This document shows, in pieces, positions 12,562 through 13,908 of a stretch of DNA of 13,908 bases. Location of the stretch: IMG/VR virus record IMGVR_UViG_3300031999_000011, one strand, 5' to 3'. Under the pieces are notes generated by a model. That model saw nothing but the letters and a program-made list of their open reading frames with translations, made no database searches and had not been told where the DNA came from. This DNA comes from a virus. Its lineage: Duplodnaviria > Heunggongvirae > Uroviricota > Caudoviricetes. Position numbers and translations under genes: made by a program. Positions within the stretch are counted from its first letter, which is position 1. Each line of letters starts with the position of its first letter.

Positions 12562-12646
12562 GCCTTTGTGATGGAATGCATACATGCTTGGCTAAGAACC
12601 AAGTGCCTTTAGTGGATTGTGGGTTCGAGTCCCATCAAAGGTACCA
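12562..12646 (+). tRNA. trnL: tRNA-Leu(AAG)
   Basis: GCCTTTG/CAAAGGT+A+CCA; CTTGG-CT-AAG-AA-CCAAG; long variable arm; canonical T loop. Confidence 0.9.
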
Positions 12647-12652
12647 AATTTG

Positions 12653-12682
12653 TTGCAATTTAAGCGATAAATACAATATAGT
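12653..12682 (+). promoter_or_regulatory. probable promoter of the lipoprotein gene
   Basis: TTGCAA-N18-TATAGT. Confidence 0.4.
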
Positions 12683-12719
12683 TAAATTACTAGCTATAAA
12701 TTAATATAAAGGGAATAAT

Positions 12720-12998
12720 ATGAAAAAAGTAATAAAATTATCGATAATCGCAATAGTTGCCAGTTTAGTTGTAGGTTGTGCAACTAGTTCAGATATTGAA
12801 AATTTGCAAGTACAAATTGATGGATTGAAGGTTTCTGTAGCTCAAGCATCATCTGATGCACAAAGTGCACAAAGTGCTGCAGTAGATGCATCTGCAAAAG
12901 CATCAGCAGCGGAAGTTGCTGCTAACCAAGCAGCTCAATTATCTCAAGATGCTAATAGCAAATTGGATAATATGTTTCAAAAATCGATGGCAAAATAA
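12720..12998 (+). CDS. Lpp/OprI-family alanine-zipper outer-membrane lipoprotein
   Basis: Lipobox VVG-C, Ala-rich coiled coil, C-terminus ANSKLDNMFQKSMAK with terminal Lys. Confidence 0.85.
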   Translation: MKKVIKLSIIAIVASLVVGCATSSDIENLQVQIDGLKVSVAQASSDAQSAQSAAVDASAKASAAEVAANQAAQLSQDANSKLDNMFQKSMAK

Positions 12999-13010
12999 AG
13001 TATATGGTTT

Positions 13011-13044
13011 TGTTGTTAAGAGTAGTTAAATCTTCTTAACAACA
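13011..13044 (+). terminator. hairpin after the lipoprotein gene
   Basis: TGTTGTTAAGA/TCTTAACAACA, 11-bp stem. Confidence 0.45.
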
Positions 13045-13077
13045 TACCCTCAATTAACAATGAGATATATAAATGCC

Positions 13078-13166
13078 TGGAAATGAAGGGAATAGAAAAT
13101 CGGAAAATAAAAAGTGAGTGCTCAATTCCAGAAGGTTGGCGGTACGGGAGAGTTTCCAAACATTAA
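13078..13166 (+). pseudogene. relic of a homing-endonuclease C-terminal repeat
   Basis: Encodes GIENRKIKSECSIPEGWRYGR, matching the repeats in 10130-10885; the leading Trp codon is out of frame. Confidence 0.55.
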
Positions 13167-13218
13167 ATATAAATCATAATATTAAGCTGTTGTGTTTTTT
13201 AGGAGCTAATTTTATTTT

Positions 13219-13533
13219 ATGCTTACAAAATTTGAACCCGAATCAGAATATTTGCGAGAAATTGTCCGAGCATTAATTAGTCATAATTGGTGGCCTAAAA
13301 AAAGAATAACGCAATGGACAGCAGATGATATAACAATTGTCAAGTTATTATTAAGAATTGAAGGCTGTACTGATGATGGCGCAGAAATTTTTGAGCAGTG
13401 GATTAAAAATGATACAGTAAAAGACATTGATGCTGGTTATTATGATATACCAAGGATCCCACATGATACTAAACATGATGAGTTAATTAATATGTTAACC
13501 GATATGCTTAACAAAGGTGAAAAAGTTTTATGA
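13219..13533 (+). CDS. hypothetical protein
   Basis: AGGAG upstream; 104 aa. Confidence 0.8.
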   Translation: MLTKFEPESEYLREIVRALISHNWWPKKRITQWTADDITIVKLLLRIEGCTDDGAEIFEQWIKNDTVKDIDAGYYDIPRIPHDTKHDELINMLTDMLNKGEKVL

Positions 13534-13811
13534 GTACTTCGTATAGTGTAACGGGTTATGTTCCAGCGGATAATCAATGGACCAGAATGAAAAAGGTACG
13601 TAATGCGTGTGTTGAAGCAGGAATTGATATACCAGATGAAGTTTGCAAATATTTTGATTATGTTGATCCTAACACAGTACCTGGCATAGAAGTTGACCTT
13701 GAATGTGCAACTACAAAACAATATCCAGGTGATTCAACAGTGTATGAAGTTGATCTTAATAAATTACCAAGAAAAGATATAAGATATATACAATTTACAA
13801 TAAGTGGTTGA
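13530..13811 (+). CDS. hypothetical protein
   Basis: ATGA-coupled; 93 aa. Confidence 0.8.
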   Translation: MSTSYSVTGYVPADNQWTRMKKVRNACVEAGIDIPDEVCKYFDYVDPNTVPGIEVDLECATTKQYPGDSTVYEVDLNKLPRKDIRYIQFTISG

Positions 13812-13845
13812 TTGTATAAATAAAAGACTGACAAGTACTAAAAGC

Positions 13846-13908
13846 TCCATCTGACGCGCAAGGTGCTGCGGCCGGTCTGTTAAACCGTGTGAGCCTGGTC
13901 CGATTCCA
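13846..13908 (+). tRNA. trnN: tRNA-Asn(GTT), truncated by the window end
   Basis: CCGGT-CT-GTT-AA-ACCGT anticodon arm; D stem CGCG/TGCG; T arm begins CCTGG-TCCGATT-CCA. Confidence 0.8.

Noticed and set aside
485-13721. Minus-strand ORFs in the track (485-787, 3116-3361, 8351-8566, 8470-8685, 9339-9521, 10818-11015, 11957-12157, 13440-13721) and the alternative-frame plus ORF 492-740
   Set aside because: They shadow better-supported plus-strand genes or tRNAs, lack RBS or recognisable motifs, and all promoters and RNAs point in the plus direction.
775-13822. T4-type late promoter word TATAAATA (775, 1677, 5506, 13815)
   Set aside because: Expected by chance in such AT-rich DNA; not called without genome-wide enrichment data.
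1-13908. Stop-codon reassignment (TAG read-through)
   Set aside because: Recognisable proteins are full-length under code 11 and the CUA-containing RNA is aberrant.

Overview
AT-rich, all-plus-strand segment of a large tailed-phage genome (jumbo/T4-like; a proteobacterial host is inferred from cytochrome c and Lpp/OprI-type genes). 1-5.3 kb: small, mostly secreted or membrane genes, many with their own sigma70-type promoter (class I cytochrome c, retropepsin-like protease, DUF2846-like lipoprotein, tandem paralog pair). 5.3-13.9 kb: a tRNA island with canonical tRNAs (Trp, Glu, 2 Ser, Ala, Met/Ile2-CAT, 2 Leu, partial Asn), aberrant tRNA-like genes, YqeY, Pth2, a GIY-YIG homing endonuclease and an Lpp/OprI-like lipoprotein. 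Best signal, invisible in the ORF track: six copies of a structured RNA element I do not recognise (long stem P1, UUGCGUA, stem P2, NUACUU, variable cargo, P2', 10-nt U-rich linker, P1'). The stems differ in sequence but stay paired. Five cargos contain a CU-NNN-A(A/C) anticodon-loop heptamer and the sixth contains a circularly permuted tRNA body. Three tRNA genes also carry structured 33-48 nt inserts in the anticodon loop. Together these suggest an anticodon-centred RNA system (decoy, repair or splicing; function is inference). All structures were folded by eye.
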